NCBI GenBank assembly: GCA_030149205.1
Contig: JASBSB010000004.1
Coordinates: forward strand, 60,001 to 92,000
Direction of reading: 5' to 3'
DNA from: Candidatus Heimdallarchaeota archaeon
GTDB lineage: Archaea; Asgardarchaeota; Heimdallarchaeia; Heimdallarchaeales; Kariarchaeaceae
DNA length: 32,000 nucleotides
Shown here: in pieces, positions 9,670 to 19,377 of the stretch
Position numbering within the stretch: the first letter of the stretch is position 1
How the letters are laid out: every line of letters begins with the position of its first letter
Notes under the pieces: generated by a model
The model's input: only the letters and a program-made list of their open reading frames with translations
Database searches by the model: none
What the model was told of the DNA's origin: nothing
Position numbers and translations under genes: made by a program

Positions 9670-11111
9670 TCCAACAATCCTACCTGTACATTGCTAAATC
9701 TTGTAGGAGGACCTCCATGCCCTGTGTACATCGTCTGACCTGGTTCTCCTTTTCCACAGAATGGGGTTCCTAATACCTCCATTTCATCTGGTCTGCCAAC
9801 AGCACTGACACTATTCCAAAACTCATTGGTTATTCCTGTGTAGGTGGGGTTTTTAACTAAGCCTGTTATCTCCCCCTTCTCTATTCTATATCCAACTTCA
9901 CATCCAAATTGAAAATTTAACCTAATATCATCAATAGACCAGCTACGATTTGTATTAAAATAATATCCATCCTTGGTTTCTGCAATCATTTCGTCCAATG
10001 AATAACCTGTTTTATCTGGCTGAAGTACAATGTTTGTCATTCGGATCAATGGGATCTTATCATATCCATTGCTTCTCATTGTCCCACCGCTATCCTTTCT
10101 TCCAATCTTTAAGGCAGTCTCTCTGGAACTCAAATAATCATTGAAAACACCCTCTTTGACAAGTTCCAATTTTTTGGCTTTCACACCCTCATGATCATAA
10201 TAAAATGTTCCAATAGCACCAGGAATAGTGGCATCAGCATGGATCGTTACTTTTTCATTCCCATACATAAAGTTCTCCTTAAGAAGATTAGGCTTTAAGA
10301 AGCTCGTTCCTGCATAGGCTGCCTCATAACCCAGAGCACGATCAAGCTCAGTAGGATGACCACAGCTTTCATGGAGTTGAATGCCAAGTTGAGATGGATT
10401 TAAAATTATGTCTGCTCTTCCTGGTTTCATTTGTGGTGCCTCCAATAATTTAACAAGCTCTTTGGCTTTCTCTGGTATCTGTCCCACTAGGTCAAATTCT
10501 TTCATTGATTCCCATCCTCGTGTTGAGAACATATCATCCTTAAATTTTCGAGTCTGGGTATCACCATTCCCAGAAGCTGTCATGGTAACATATCCCCCAT
10601 TCCATGTTATCCTTTGATCAATTTTAGTACCACTTGAGTTGTAAAACACCATATAGTCTTGGGCTGCTACATACACAGAGTTTGTAAACTGGATTGCTGG
10701 ATCTACTCTGGCTGCCTCTTCAGCAGTAACAAAATGTTCCAGCTTTTCTTCAAGTTCAACATGAAACGGATCAATCTTTATAGGATTTTCCACTGTGTCA
10801 ACAACAATAGGTTCCTCTGTTAAAGTTACATGTGGATTACATAAACTCGCAGCTTTTGCAAGTTTGACCGCACGTTTTATTGTTTCAGAAACGCTTTCTT
10901 TTGTCAGCTTATCAGTAGCAGAAAATCCCCAAGCACCATTCAGTAGCACCCTGATACCAAATCCCTTACTGTCATCTTTTCCACTCCCAATGATGACTTT
11001 GTTTCTTGTGCTGAAATAATCTGTTTTGTCTTCCATATACTTGAACTCTAAAAGACTAACTCCTTCAGGAGTATTCGTTATGGCAAAATCCGCTAAATCA
11101 TGAGGATTCAT
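9666..11111 (-). CDS. tldD: TldD-family metalloprotease
   Basis: HESCGH (HExxxH) zinc motif, GFGIRVL, RMTN, C-terminal CGKGEPGQ. Confidence 0.93.
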   Translation of the reverse strand: MNPHDLADFAITNTPEGVSLLEFKYMEDKTDYFSTRNKVIIGSGKDDSKGFGIRVLLNGAWGFSATDKLTKESVSETIKRAVKLAKAASLCNPHVTLTEEPIVVDTVENPIKIDPFHVELEEKLEHFVTAEEAARVDPAIQFTNSVYVAAQDYMVFYNSSGTKIDQRITWNGGYVTMTASGNGDTQTRKFKDDMFSTRGWESMKEFDLVGQIPEKAKELVKLLEAPQMKPGRADIILNPSQLGIQLHESCGHPTELDRALGYEAAYAGTSFLKPNLLKENFMYGNEKVTIHADATIPGAIGTFYYDHEGVKAKKLELVKEGVFNDYLSSRETALKIGRKDSGGTMRSNGYDKIPLIRMTNIVLQPDKTGYSLDEMIAETKDGYYFNTNRSWSIDDIRLNFQFGCEVGYRIEKGEITGLVKNPTYTGITNEFWNSVSAVGRPDEMEVLGTPFCGKGEPGQTMYTGHGGPPTRFSNVQVGLLE

Positions 11112-11252
11112 GTATCTAGGTTTACGACCTCAACTTAAATTTTGTTCAGGGGATAACTCACATACGTAAATTTTGTATAGAATATTTATGTTCATCACCC
11201 TAAATCTTAGAATAGCTACTAAAGACTTTATTATGAATCTTCAAACAAATAC

Positions 11253-11894
11253 ATGGTGGAAAAACCCGAGAGATTCTATCTACAGTCAAATCGAGAGAAC
11301 ATTATTACCGATACCATGATTCAAAAATTTCTTTCTGATAATCAAGAGCTGACAATTTTCCTGAAAGATGCAAATATAAAACTCCATCCGGTTCACTTTG
11401 GTGCTTATGAGAGCTTTTGCTACTGGATTATTGCACAGCAGTTGAGTGGTCACGTAGCAGAAATTATCATGAATCGACTGCGGTCAGAGGTTCAACCATT
11501 AAAACCAGAAAATTTATTAGCACAGCCATCTGAGGTTCTTAGAAAGGTAGGAATCTCAAAATCAAAAATTGTGTATCTCAATAATATTTCTACCTTCTTT
11601 TCTGAGCATCCACAGGCAGATAACCTTGAAACTTTGTCAAATGAAGAGATAAAGTCTCTCCTGTTACCAATCAAAGGAATTGGTCCATGGACAATTAACA
11701 TGTTTCTAATATTTAATTTGGGTAGACTTAATGTTGTTGCTGTTGGAGACCTCGTGGTCAGAAAGGGAATCAGAATACTTTATGGTTTGCAGGAGATTCC
11801 AAGTATTACTGAGGCAAAAATACATACTCAAAAATGGGGAAAGTTAGGGACGATTGGATCTCTCTTAGCTTGGAAAGTGGCGGAAAACACATAA
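11253..11894 (+). CDS. alkA: DNA-3-methyladenine glycosylase II (AlkA/HhH-GPD family)
   Basis: IIAQQLS, LRKVGISKSK, HhH motif IKGIGPWT, GD catalytic motif (VGDLVVRKG). Confidence 0.9.
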   Translation: MVEKPERFYLQSNRENIITDTMIQKFLSDNQELTIFLKDANIKLHPVHFGAYESFCYWIIAQQLSGHVAEIIMNRLRSEVQPLKPENLLAQPSEVLRKVGISKSKIVYLNNISTFFSEHPQADNLETLSNEEIKSLLLPIKGIGPWTINMFLIFNLGRLNVVAVGDLVVRKGIRILYGLQEIPSITEAKIHTQKWGKLGTIGSLLAWKVAENT

Positions 11895-11902
11895 TAATCA
11901 AT

Positions 11903-14317
11903 TCAATAATCCTCTCTTACTGCTTCAGAAGTGGGTATCTGAGTGGCTCTGTTAAAGGAGAAGAGAAGAGATACAAAAATGGAACCAAAGGTGAAGAAAA
12001 ATATGAAGATATTTATGTAATCCGGGAAAACTGGTTCTAGGTATATCAAGGTCTGGGAAATTAACTTGAGCCATAGGAAAATTGTAACATAAGGTGAAAT
12101 AATGTAGGTGACAATTAATGAGGAGACTGCAATAATTAAAAATTCCAAAGACGTTTGAAATAGAATCTCTGATTTAAAGAATCCAAACACACGCATTAGT
12201 GCTATCTCCTTATCCCTTTCAATTAATGAGATGTACTGTGTTGTAAATACACTAAGAAAGCCAATAAGAAGGCTTAGTATAACCAGTATAAGAATAACCT
12301 GAGCCTGGTTATTTAGCAAATTTACCTGTTGCACTCTAAACGTTTTGGTGGAGATAGCGATGGTCACCAAAGGGAAATTTGAATTCAGATTATCAACCTG
12401 TTTTGATACATCAGAACCAGAATTAAACTTGACTAGGAATTTATTGTAGAATGGTAAGTTATTCATTCCATAGCTTGTAGTTGAGGTTGGAAGTTTAACA
12501 AAATAAGACAGGTATTCAATAGAAACCCTCATTGTAGATGTTCTAAAAACATCATTTTCTATACCCACCACTGTAAAATTAAGTACAGATCCAAAGAATC
12601 TCAGTGATAAAGTGTCCCCTAATTTATAACCTCCAACAATGGATAGATATGAAGAAATCACTATATCTGAGCTGTTCTGAGAAATATCACGTCCAGAGAT
12701 TAGGTTTGAGGTGTACAAAGTCGTGTTGTATAAAATACCATGGAGATAAGCCACAATGTTGGGACGATCTTTAATTACATTTAAGCCCTCATAAATTGGC
12801 TCAGCCCTCTGTATTGGAAGTGATTTTCCTAAATTCAGCAGAAATGACTGATTCAAAGAGTTTGAAAATCCAATGTCGACCAAAGTGTCAAATTTGATAT
12901 GATTGTCAAAATAAGTATTAACTGTATAATCCAAACTAGAATTTGTATAAAGGATTGAAGTAGCAAAGACCAAGGCCCAAATAAAGCTGACAACAGTTAA
13001 CACAGTCCTTGTTCTGTTTCTGGTTAAATTTCTAAATCCAAACCTAAGAGGTCTATAGGGTATTCTTCTAGATAATTTTAAAAGGAATCCCTTGCTCTTT
13101 AACTCAGATGATTTTCCACGCATTGCCTCGTATGGGGTTAGCCTTAAAATAATCTGTAAAGCCAACATAGAGAATCCATAGATGAATATCACCCCAAGCA
13201 GAAGAACTGAAATAATGCTAAATCTAGTGTAGACAGCAGACACAGAAAAAAGTCCCCAAGATGAACCCAATGAATCAACTATAGAACGCAGCAATAGAAT
13301 TCCAAAAAAGTATCCCAGAACCCAACCAATAACAAAGAGGATTGTTAACCGTAGGAGAAAGGATTGAATCAACTCTCGTTTCGTCACTCCAAAGGCATGG
13401 GAAGCTCCAATTATTACCTTTTGATCATTGATGTACCTGTTCATAACCACAAAAATGACGATTCCAGCAATCAGGTAAATAAAAAGTGTTGAAATTTGCA
13501 TATACTGACCAGTAACAGTTAATGCATCACTGAGGCTCTTTCTGAAACTTACCTCTCGAGTCAACCAAGAAAAGGCAATAGGAGGAAAACCACTTTTTGA
13601 GAGGTCTCTTACCTTGTTTTCCACTGTTTTAACAACCAGTTTTTCCTGATCTAAACTTAAATTTCCATAATAATAGACGAAACTGTTCCGATAATCTGAA
13701 GGACGTGGAACAAAAAGATAATTAAGAGCAGTTTGAGGATTCATGAATACAACTGCACTCTGAACCAAATTGAAAGAACTAAATTCTATTGTTCTACCAA
13801 GTCCAACAATTTTATATTCAGTCGCAATTCCTCTGGGGTAAAGCTTAATGCTATCACCTAATGTGTAATTTTCAGCTTTGGCAAATGAATCTAACAAAAC
13901 TACCTCATTATTTTGTTTTGGATACTGACCTTCTGTTAAGACAAGATCATTGACCTTGGGGATTGGATTTTCAACAGAGGTGATGGTTGAACTTATCCAG
14001 TTTCCATTGTTTCTTAAATATTTTGAGGCTAAAAATACTCTTGCAGTCGAACCTGAGGCATTGAGGTGAATCGCATCATAAATCCAGCTTTGGATTGTGT
14101 TGCTAAAGTTTGAGGGAATGAAATCAGAGAAGATAAAATTAAAATGCGCAAGATGATATTGATCTGCCTCTGAGTTAATGCTATGGGTTAAATTAGGAGT
14201 AACATTGTTTAATGCCAAAGGAAATGCCGTGACCAAGACTACCGCTAGAATGATTATGACACTTCTTGACTTGTGAAATCGAATATCTCTTAAAGCAGAA
14301 AGGTATACCTTCTTCAT
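11903..14317 (-). CDS. ABC transporter permease, FtsX/MacB-like, with two FtsX repeats
   Basis: 804 aa with duplicated TM/extracellular architecture; ERDKEIALMRVFG motif; ATGA overlap with the ATPase gene. Confidence 0.88.
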   Translation of the reverse strand: MKKVYLSALRDIRFHKSRSVIIILAVVLVTAFPLALNNVTPNLTHSINSEADQYHLAHFNFIFSDFIPSNFSNTIQSWIYDAIHLNASGSTARVFLASKYLRNNGNWISSTITSVENPIPKVNDLVLTEGQYPKQNNEVVLLDSFAKAENYTLGDSIKLYPRGIATEYKIVGLGRTIEFSSFNLVQSAVVFMNPQTALNYLFVPRPSDYRNSFVYYYGNLSLDQEKLVVKTVENKVRDLSKSGFPPIAFSWLTREVSFRKSLSDALTVTGQYMQISTLFIYLIAGIVIFVVMNRYINDQKVIIGASHAFGVTKRELIQSFLLRLTILFVIGWVLGYFFGILLLRSIVDSLGSSWGLFSVSAVYTRFSIISVLLLGVIFIYGFSMLALQIILRLTPYEAMRGKSSELKSKGFLLKLSRRIPYRPLRFGFRNLTRNRTRTVLTVVSFIWALVFATSILYTNSSLDYTVNTYFDNHIKFDTLVDIGFSNSLNQSFLLNLGKSLPIQRAEPIYEGLNVIKDRPNIVAYLHGILYNTTLYTSNLISGRDISQNSSDIVISSYLSIVGGYKLGDTLSLRFFGSVLNFTVVGIENDVFRTSTMRVSIEYLSYFVKLPTSTTSYGMNNLPFYNKFLVKFNSGSDVSKQVDNLNSNFPLVTIAISTKTFRVQQVNLLNNQAQVILILVILSLLIGFLSVFTTQYISLIERDKEIALMRVFGFFKSEILFQTSLEFLIIAVSSLIVTYIISPYVTIFLWLKLISQTLIYLEPVFPDYINIFIFFFTFGSIFVSLLFSFNRATQIPTSEAVREDY

Positions 14318-15018
14318 CTCGTATCATCCGTAATTTGTCCAGAAGATAGGTGTACTAATCTATCTGCAAAAGATCTGAGTCCCTCATCATGTGTGACCAT
14401 TATCACGGTTGCACTAGACTGTTTAGCAAAGTCTTTTAACAGTTGAACCATATTTCTTCCTGTTTTCTCATCTAATTGCCCTGTTGGTTCATCTACCACT
14501 AACACCCGAGGATGCTTTACCATTGCTCTGACCAGGGCCACACGCTGCCTTTCTCCCCCTGAGAGCTGAGATGGGTATGCAGACTCTCTACCTTTTAAAC
14601 CAGCTAGTTCCAGTAGCTCTTTTGCTCTGGAAATGAGGTCTTTTCGTTTAATTTTTATTAGCTCGCCTGCCAACTCAATATTTTCTATTGCGGTCAGGGT
14701 GGGAATCAAGCTATAAAATTGAAAAACAAAACCTACATATTGTCTTCGGTATCTTGTTAACTCTCTAACTCCCAATTTGTCTAAGTTAAGGTTTTTGTCC
14801 CCTACATTTACACTTACAGTTCCAGTTGTGGGTTTGTCAATCCCACCAATCATATTAACCAGAGTCGATTTTCCTGATCCAGATGGCCCCATGAAAATTA
14901 CGAACTCCTCCTCAAAGATCTCAAGGTTTATTCCGTCAAGCGCCCGTATCTTATAATCACCTAACTGGTAAATTTTCGAGAGTCCTTGGATTGTGACCGC
15001 TACATTAGAATGAACCAC
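14314..15018 (-). CDS. ABC ATP-binding subunit, LolD/MacB/FtsE-like
   Basis: GPSGSGKS, LSGGERQRV, VVDEPTG, VTHD. Confidence 0.93.
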   Translation of the reverse strand: MVHSNVAVTIQGLSKIYQLGDYKIRALDGINLEIFEEEFVIFMGPSGSGKSTLVNMIGGIDKPTTGTVSVNVGDKNLNLDKLGVRELTRYRRQYVGFVFQFYSLIPTLTAIENIELAGELIKIKRKDLISRAKELLELAGLKGRESAYPSQLSGGERQRVALVRAMVKHPRVLVVDEPTGQLDEKTGRNMVQLLKDFAKQSSATVIMVTHDEGLRSFADRLVHLSSGQITDDTR

Positions 15019-15139
15019 ATCCTTAGGACTTGATAAGTTGTTAAAATATTTTGGTTCAGATAGTTCTTGGTCTGTTAAGTATATCCTGAATTTTTCATAA
15101 ACTTATTAATTTCCCAAGTTTCTAGGAGAATGGGAACAA

Positions 15140-16555
15140 TTGAAAGACGTTTTTAAATCATATTTTGAGTTTACTAAAGGGCTTATCAGTAGCCCTAAAG
15201 ATGAGATACTCGGTACCATAATTGGATATGGAATAATAGCGGTTGCCTTAGCTGTTATTCTGATTCCCTTTCTGTTTCTGGGTTCTTTTTATCTGTCATT
15301 CTATCTTCCGCCTAGTTTTTCAAATTTATTTACATGGTTTTACCTCTCTTACCCTCTGACATTTATTGTTTTGACTTATCTGTTTCAAGGGTACCTATAC
15401 CACAGAAAAACCCATCCTAAAATAAAGACCTCAAGTGAAGAAATTCTAAAATTACTCAGATCTGAAGATGAACCAACATTAATACAGGGAATAAAGCTTA
15501 TTAGTCATGCACGAATAGATGATCAGGTCAAAATAAACATTTTAGAAAAAATTATTGAGAAACAGCCTAGATCAAGTAAATTATCAAGAATGGCAAATTC
15601 TGCTTTGTTAAACACCTACACCGAGATGAAAGAAAAGAAGCATCATAAGTTGCCAAATTCCGTATTTTTATCTTCAGAAATGCGAATCGGGAGAGATTTG
15701 GACAATGCAGAAATTTCCCTCAAAATTATGGAAATAGGCAATTTTAGCAATCCAAAATTGTTTTTAAATGGTTCTAAGAACATCGTCCAACATATTAATC
15801 CAGCTCAATATGTTCATCACAGAACTGAGGAAACAACAGAGATTGATTTATCACAGATCACGGACATACAAGCAATTTATGATCTAAGTCAAATCCCATT
15901 GGGACTCGAGGTATTATCAGATTCTACAGAAAAAGATGAATTTATTTTTGTCACAAAAAACATCACTATTTCAAATCTAGATAAATTCACCCCTGAAGAC
16001 CTTCAATTCGTTTTCTTTCCTTCTGAAGACCAAGAAATATTATCAATAAACACGATTACAGGACAATCGCAATTTAATAAGGAGGGATCGGTTCAGATAA
16101 ATATTTCTAAACTAGAAACCAATTTCCTGACTGTAAACATTCAATTTAAGACAAAATTGAAGTCAATGAATCAATTAAATTTCTTGATAGAAGCCAATTG
16201 CTCTGAATTACCAAAATTGTCAAATTATTATTTGAAACTTACCGAGAATATTAGCTCAAATCTTTCCATTATCAAACAAGAAACCTCTGGCTTTGTATCA
16301 GAGATTAACTACTCAAATCTTAAAATTTATAAAAAAGAGCTTGAAGAATTGAAAATCTCATGGTTTACTGATGGTGATAATGGAATAGACTTACATACCA
16401 TCAAAAAAGAACTTTCCCCTGGTGAAAATTACACCCAATCATATCCTCTGAGTTATACTGGCAATTCAATTCCGTCTGTAAGTGGAGACATGACTTTCCT
16501 GACAGAGAAGTTCAAAATTAATAAACTCAAGCTAAATTGGAAGTCCTCCTGTTGA
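15140..16555 (+). CDS. Hypothetical protein: 2 N-terminal TMs, short helical (HEAT-like) segment, C-terminal beta-rich domain
   Basis: 471-aa ORF starting at TTG; hydrophobicity and secondary-structure pattern only. Confidence 0.65.
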   Translation: MKDVFKSYFEFTKGLISSPKDEILGTIIGYGIIAVALAVILIPFLFLGSFYLSFYLPPSFSNLFTWFYLSYPLTFIVLTYLFQGYLYHRKTHPKIKTSSEEILKLLRSEDEPTLIQGIKLISHARIDDQVKINILEKIIEKQPRSSKLSRMANSALLNTYTEMKEKKHHKLPNSVFLSSEMRIGRDLDNAEISLKIMEIGNFSNPKLFLNGSKNIVQHINPAQYVHHRTEETTEIDLSQITDIQAIYDLSQIPLGLEVLSDSTEKDEFIFVTKNITISNLDKFTPEDLQFVFFPSEDQEILSINTITGQSQFNKEGSVQINISKLETNFLTVNIQFKTKLKSMNQLNFLIEANCSELPKLSNYYLKLTENISSNLSIIKQETSGFVSEINYSNLKIYKKELEELKISWFTDGDNGIDLHTIKKELSPGENYTQSYPLSYTGNSIPSVSGDMTFLTEKFKINKLKLNWKSSC

Positions 16556-16606
16556 GCATCTTTTCAATATTTCTTAATTTTCAGCTACACTAAGGTAAAT
16601 TCTAGT

Positions 16607-16620
16607 AGAAAGTTTAAATC
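16607..16620 (+). promoter_or_regulatory. BRE + TATA box for the PAC2 gene
   Basis: AGAAAG followed by TTTAAA (16613-16618), 23-28 nt upstream of ATG 16641. Confidence 0.65.
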
Positions 16621-16640
16621 ATTGTAATCATAGCTAAGGT

Positions 16641-17444
16641 ATGGGGAAAAAAACTGCAGATTTGTATGAATATTCCAACTACTTCAAACTACCTGAGTTT
16701 TCAGTTCCACAGGATTACAACCTGTTAATTGGGTTTGCTGGATATGGGAATGTAGGGTATCTCATCGCAAATCACATGGTAGAGGATCTAGAGGTAGAAA
16801 CAATTGCAACTTGGGGGAACACCACATGGTTTTACAACGGACAGCTAGAGTCTCTGTTGACACTTTATGCACATCACAAATCAAAAACTCTCATTTTAAC
16901 ATCGAGATTCCCTGTCTCTGTTACGTCTATACCTCATGAAAATTGGGAAGAACTGGCATTGGAAGTTTTGTCTTGGAACTGTAAGGCATATTATATTCTA
17001 GGGGGATTAAGAGAGGAAACTCGAACCAACAACTCAGATAAATGGTATGTATTTGCACCAACCAAAAAATACATTGAAACATATCATCTAGATCTCAGTT
17101 TAGATGAAAAGTTAACAATGATTGGGCCACTTTCAGCATTTTTAAGTCTCGGGACTTCATTAAAGGTACCAGTCTTGGGGATACTCTTTTACTGTAACTT
17201 TGAAGAGGACCCAGAAGCAAGTCTGTTAGGTTTAGGTGTTATTAAAGACCTACTTCAAATAGATGACTTATCTGTTGACTCTCTAAAGTTCTTTGATTTT
17301 AGTTTCATCCCACCTCAACCTGTTAATGAGGTAAATGTCGGGCAACTTAACAACCTCTCACAGAATCAATTTTCAGATGAAAACGAGGATGATAATGATG
17401 ATGACCATCTAGATTTTGGATTAGATATGGATGATCTCCTATAA
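16641..17444 (+). CDS. PAC2-family proteasome assembly chaperone-like protein with acidic C-terminal tail
   Basis: LLIGFAGYGNVGYLIANHM motif, GGL, GPLSA; tail DENEDDNDDDHLDFGLDMDDLL. Confidence 0.82.
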   Translation: MGKKTADLYEYSNYFKLPEFSVPQDYNLLIGFAGYGNVGYLIANHMVEDLEVETIATWGNTTWFYNGQLESLLTLYAHHKSKTLILTSRFPVSVTSIPHENWEELALEVLSWNCKAYYILGGLREETRTNNSDKWYVFAPTKKYIETYHLDLSLDEKLTMIGPLSAFLSLGTSLKVPVLGILFYCNFEEDPEASLLGLGVIKDLLQIDDLSVDSLKFFDFSFIPPQPVNEVNVGQLNNLSQNQFSDENEDDNDDDHLDFGLDMDDLL

Positions 17445-17590
17445 AACTATAAGTAGATAAAGATTAACTCATCAATGAATTCTCACCAGTCAAATTCGTA
17501 TTCTTTGTATAGAATTGTGACTTAGGACTTTTCCCATTTGTTTTTGTCCATAAACAATATTCTTTTATCAATATTGAATCTTGTGTGTTA

Positions 17591-19366
17591 ATGGTCACTC
17601 CCACTGATGGTTTCTCTGAATTTAGGGGGAAAATTGATTACAGGACGAGTAAGAGGTCCCCAGTTTGGTGGGTAATTTCACATATCAAGCGGTATTGGCA
17701 TCTTTTTACAATAACAATTATTGTTCAATTGATTGCCAGTTACTTCCAGGCTTCAATCCCAAGGGTGATTGGTCAAATTGCCCAAAATCTCATAACACCC
17801 AATTTTAGCGTAAGCAATTTTGATAGTTTAGTTTTGCAGATTGTTTCTCTGGGTGTTGGAGCTGGATTACTTCTGCTAGTTCGATCTTTCACAATTGAGA
17901 TTGTTTCCCAAAAAATGGAGCAGAATACCAGAGATGAGTTATACGCCTCCCTGTTAGGGAAGAGTCTAACGTTTCATGATAAGCAACAAATAGGGGATTT
18001 AATGAGCAGAGTTGCCACTGATGTAAGACAGCTCAATTTTTTGGTAAATCCTGGATTTTTACTGGTCTTTGCTGCTGTTGTCAACCTTATCATTCCCTTT
18101 GTTTTGATGTATCAAATTAACCCATTGCTGGCAATTGTTCCACTCCTTTATGTAATTGTGTTTTTGGTAGAGTTGCGGTTATACATAAACAAACTTACTC
18201 CAGTTTCCTTTATGATGAGAAAAGAAATGGCATCTATGAGTTCCACCTTAAATGAATCTATATCCGGAATTCAATTAGTCAGGGGAAGTGCAGAAGAAAA
18301 ATCAGAAAAGAAGAAATTTTTGCAAGATGTCGAACGATACACCAAATATGCAATAGAGAGTGGAAAAATTCAAGCGCGGTATAGACCCTTGCTTTGGATA
18401 GGAATTTTTACTGCAATAGGCTTTTTTGTGGGCTTAATCATGGTAGGAAATAACATGATCACCCCTGGACAGCTAATTGAGTTTGTTCTTCTGTTTCAGT
18501 TGTTTAGATTTCCAACCTTTATCAATATCTTTGCCCTGCTCTTTTTTACGGTCGGGAACGCCTCTGCCAAACGTATTCTTGAGCTTATTAATGAGACAAC
18601 TGATATAGATGATAATCCCAGTGGACATAAAGGTCTGATCAAAGACTCAATAGTATTTGATGATGTCTCATTTGGCTACCATTCAGATAAATTCGTGTTA
18701 AAACATATCAGCTTTACAGTAGAGGCTGGTCAGACAGTGGCACTTGTAGGTATGACAGGGAGTGGAAAGACATCAATCACCAAATTACTTTCAAGATTAT
18801 ATGACCCTCAGGAAGGAACTATATACGCAGATGATATAAATTTGAGAGATTGGAGTCTAGAATCCTTGAGAAATCAAATAGCAGTTGTAGAACAAGATAT
18901 CTTTTTGTTCAGCAGGTCGATTAAAGATAATATCGTACTAGGTGTTCCAAATCCAACAGAAGAGGAAATAATAAATGCCGCAAAGTTGGCTCAGGCACAT
19001 GAATTTATTATGAAGACAGAAGATGGGTATGATACCATCGTTGGAGAGAGAGGTGTAATGCTCAGTGGTGGCCAAAGGCAAAGAATAGCGATTGCAAGGG
19101 CTATTCTCAGAAATCCAAGTATTTTGATACTTGATGATGCCTCATCCGCAATAGATTCTAAGACTGAGGATGAGATTCAAAAAGCTATCTCTTCTGTTTT
19201 AAAGGGAAGAATCTCCTTCTTGATCACTCACAGATTGGCACAAATCAAAAAAGCCGACCTTATTTTGGTAATAGATAAAGGAGAAATCATAGCACAAGGT
19301 TCACATACCACATTGATGCAGGTAAGCGAAAAGTACAAGTCACTTTTCACTACCCTCGCAGTATAG
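17591..19366 (+). CDS. Type IV ABC exporter half-transporter (TmrB/TM287-like; non-canonical Walker B)
   Basis: 6-TM domain plus NBD: GMTGSGKT, LSGGQ, ILDDASS (D in place of the catalytic E), THRL. ATG 17591 preferred over GTG 17585. Confidence 0.9.
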   Translation: MVTPTDGFSEFRGKIDYRTSKRSPVWWVISHIKRYWHLFTITIIVQLIASYFQASIPRVIGQIAQNLITPNFSVSNFDSLVLQIVSLGVGAGLLLLVRSFTIEIVSQKMEQNTRDELYASLLGKSLTFHDKQQIGDLMSRVATDVRQLNFLVNPGFLLVFAAVVNLIIPFVLMYQINPLLAIVPLLYVIVFLVELRLYINKLTPVSFMMRKEMASMSSTLNESISGIQLVRGSAEEKSEKKKFLQDVERYTKYAIESGKIQARYRPLLWIGIFTAIGFFVGLIMVGNNMITPGQLIEFVLLFQLFRFPTFINIFALLFFTVGNASAKRILELINETTDIDDNPSGHKGLIKDSIVFDDVSFGYHSDKFVLKHISFTVEAGQTVALVGMTGSGKTSITKLLSRLYDPQEGTIYADDINLRDWSLESLRNQIAVVEQDIFLFSRSIKDNIVLGVPNPTEEEIINAAKLAQAHEFIMKTEDGYDTIVGERGVMLSGGQRQRIAIARAILRNPSILILDDASSAIDSKTEDEIQKAISSVLKGRISFLITHRLAQIKKADLILVIDKGEIIAQGSHTTLMQVSEKYKSLFTTLAV

Positions 19367-19377
19367 GAGGTTATCTT

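Noticed and set aside
8296-15018. TldD/TldE plus ABC exporter as a RiPP/microcin cluster
   Set aside because: No precursor peptide or modifying enzyme seen; tldDE pairs are routine in archaea.
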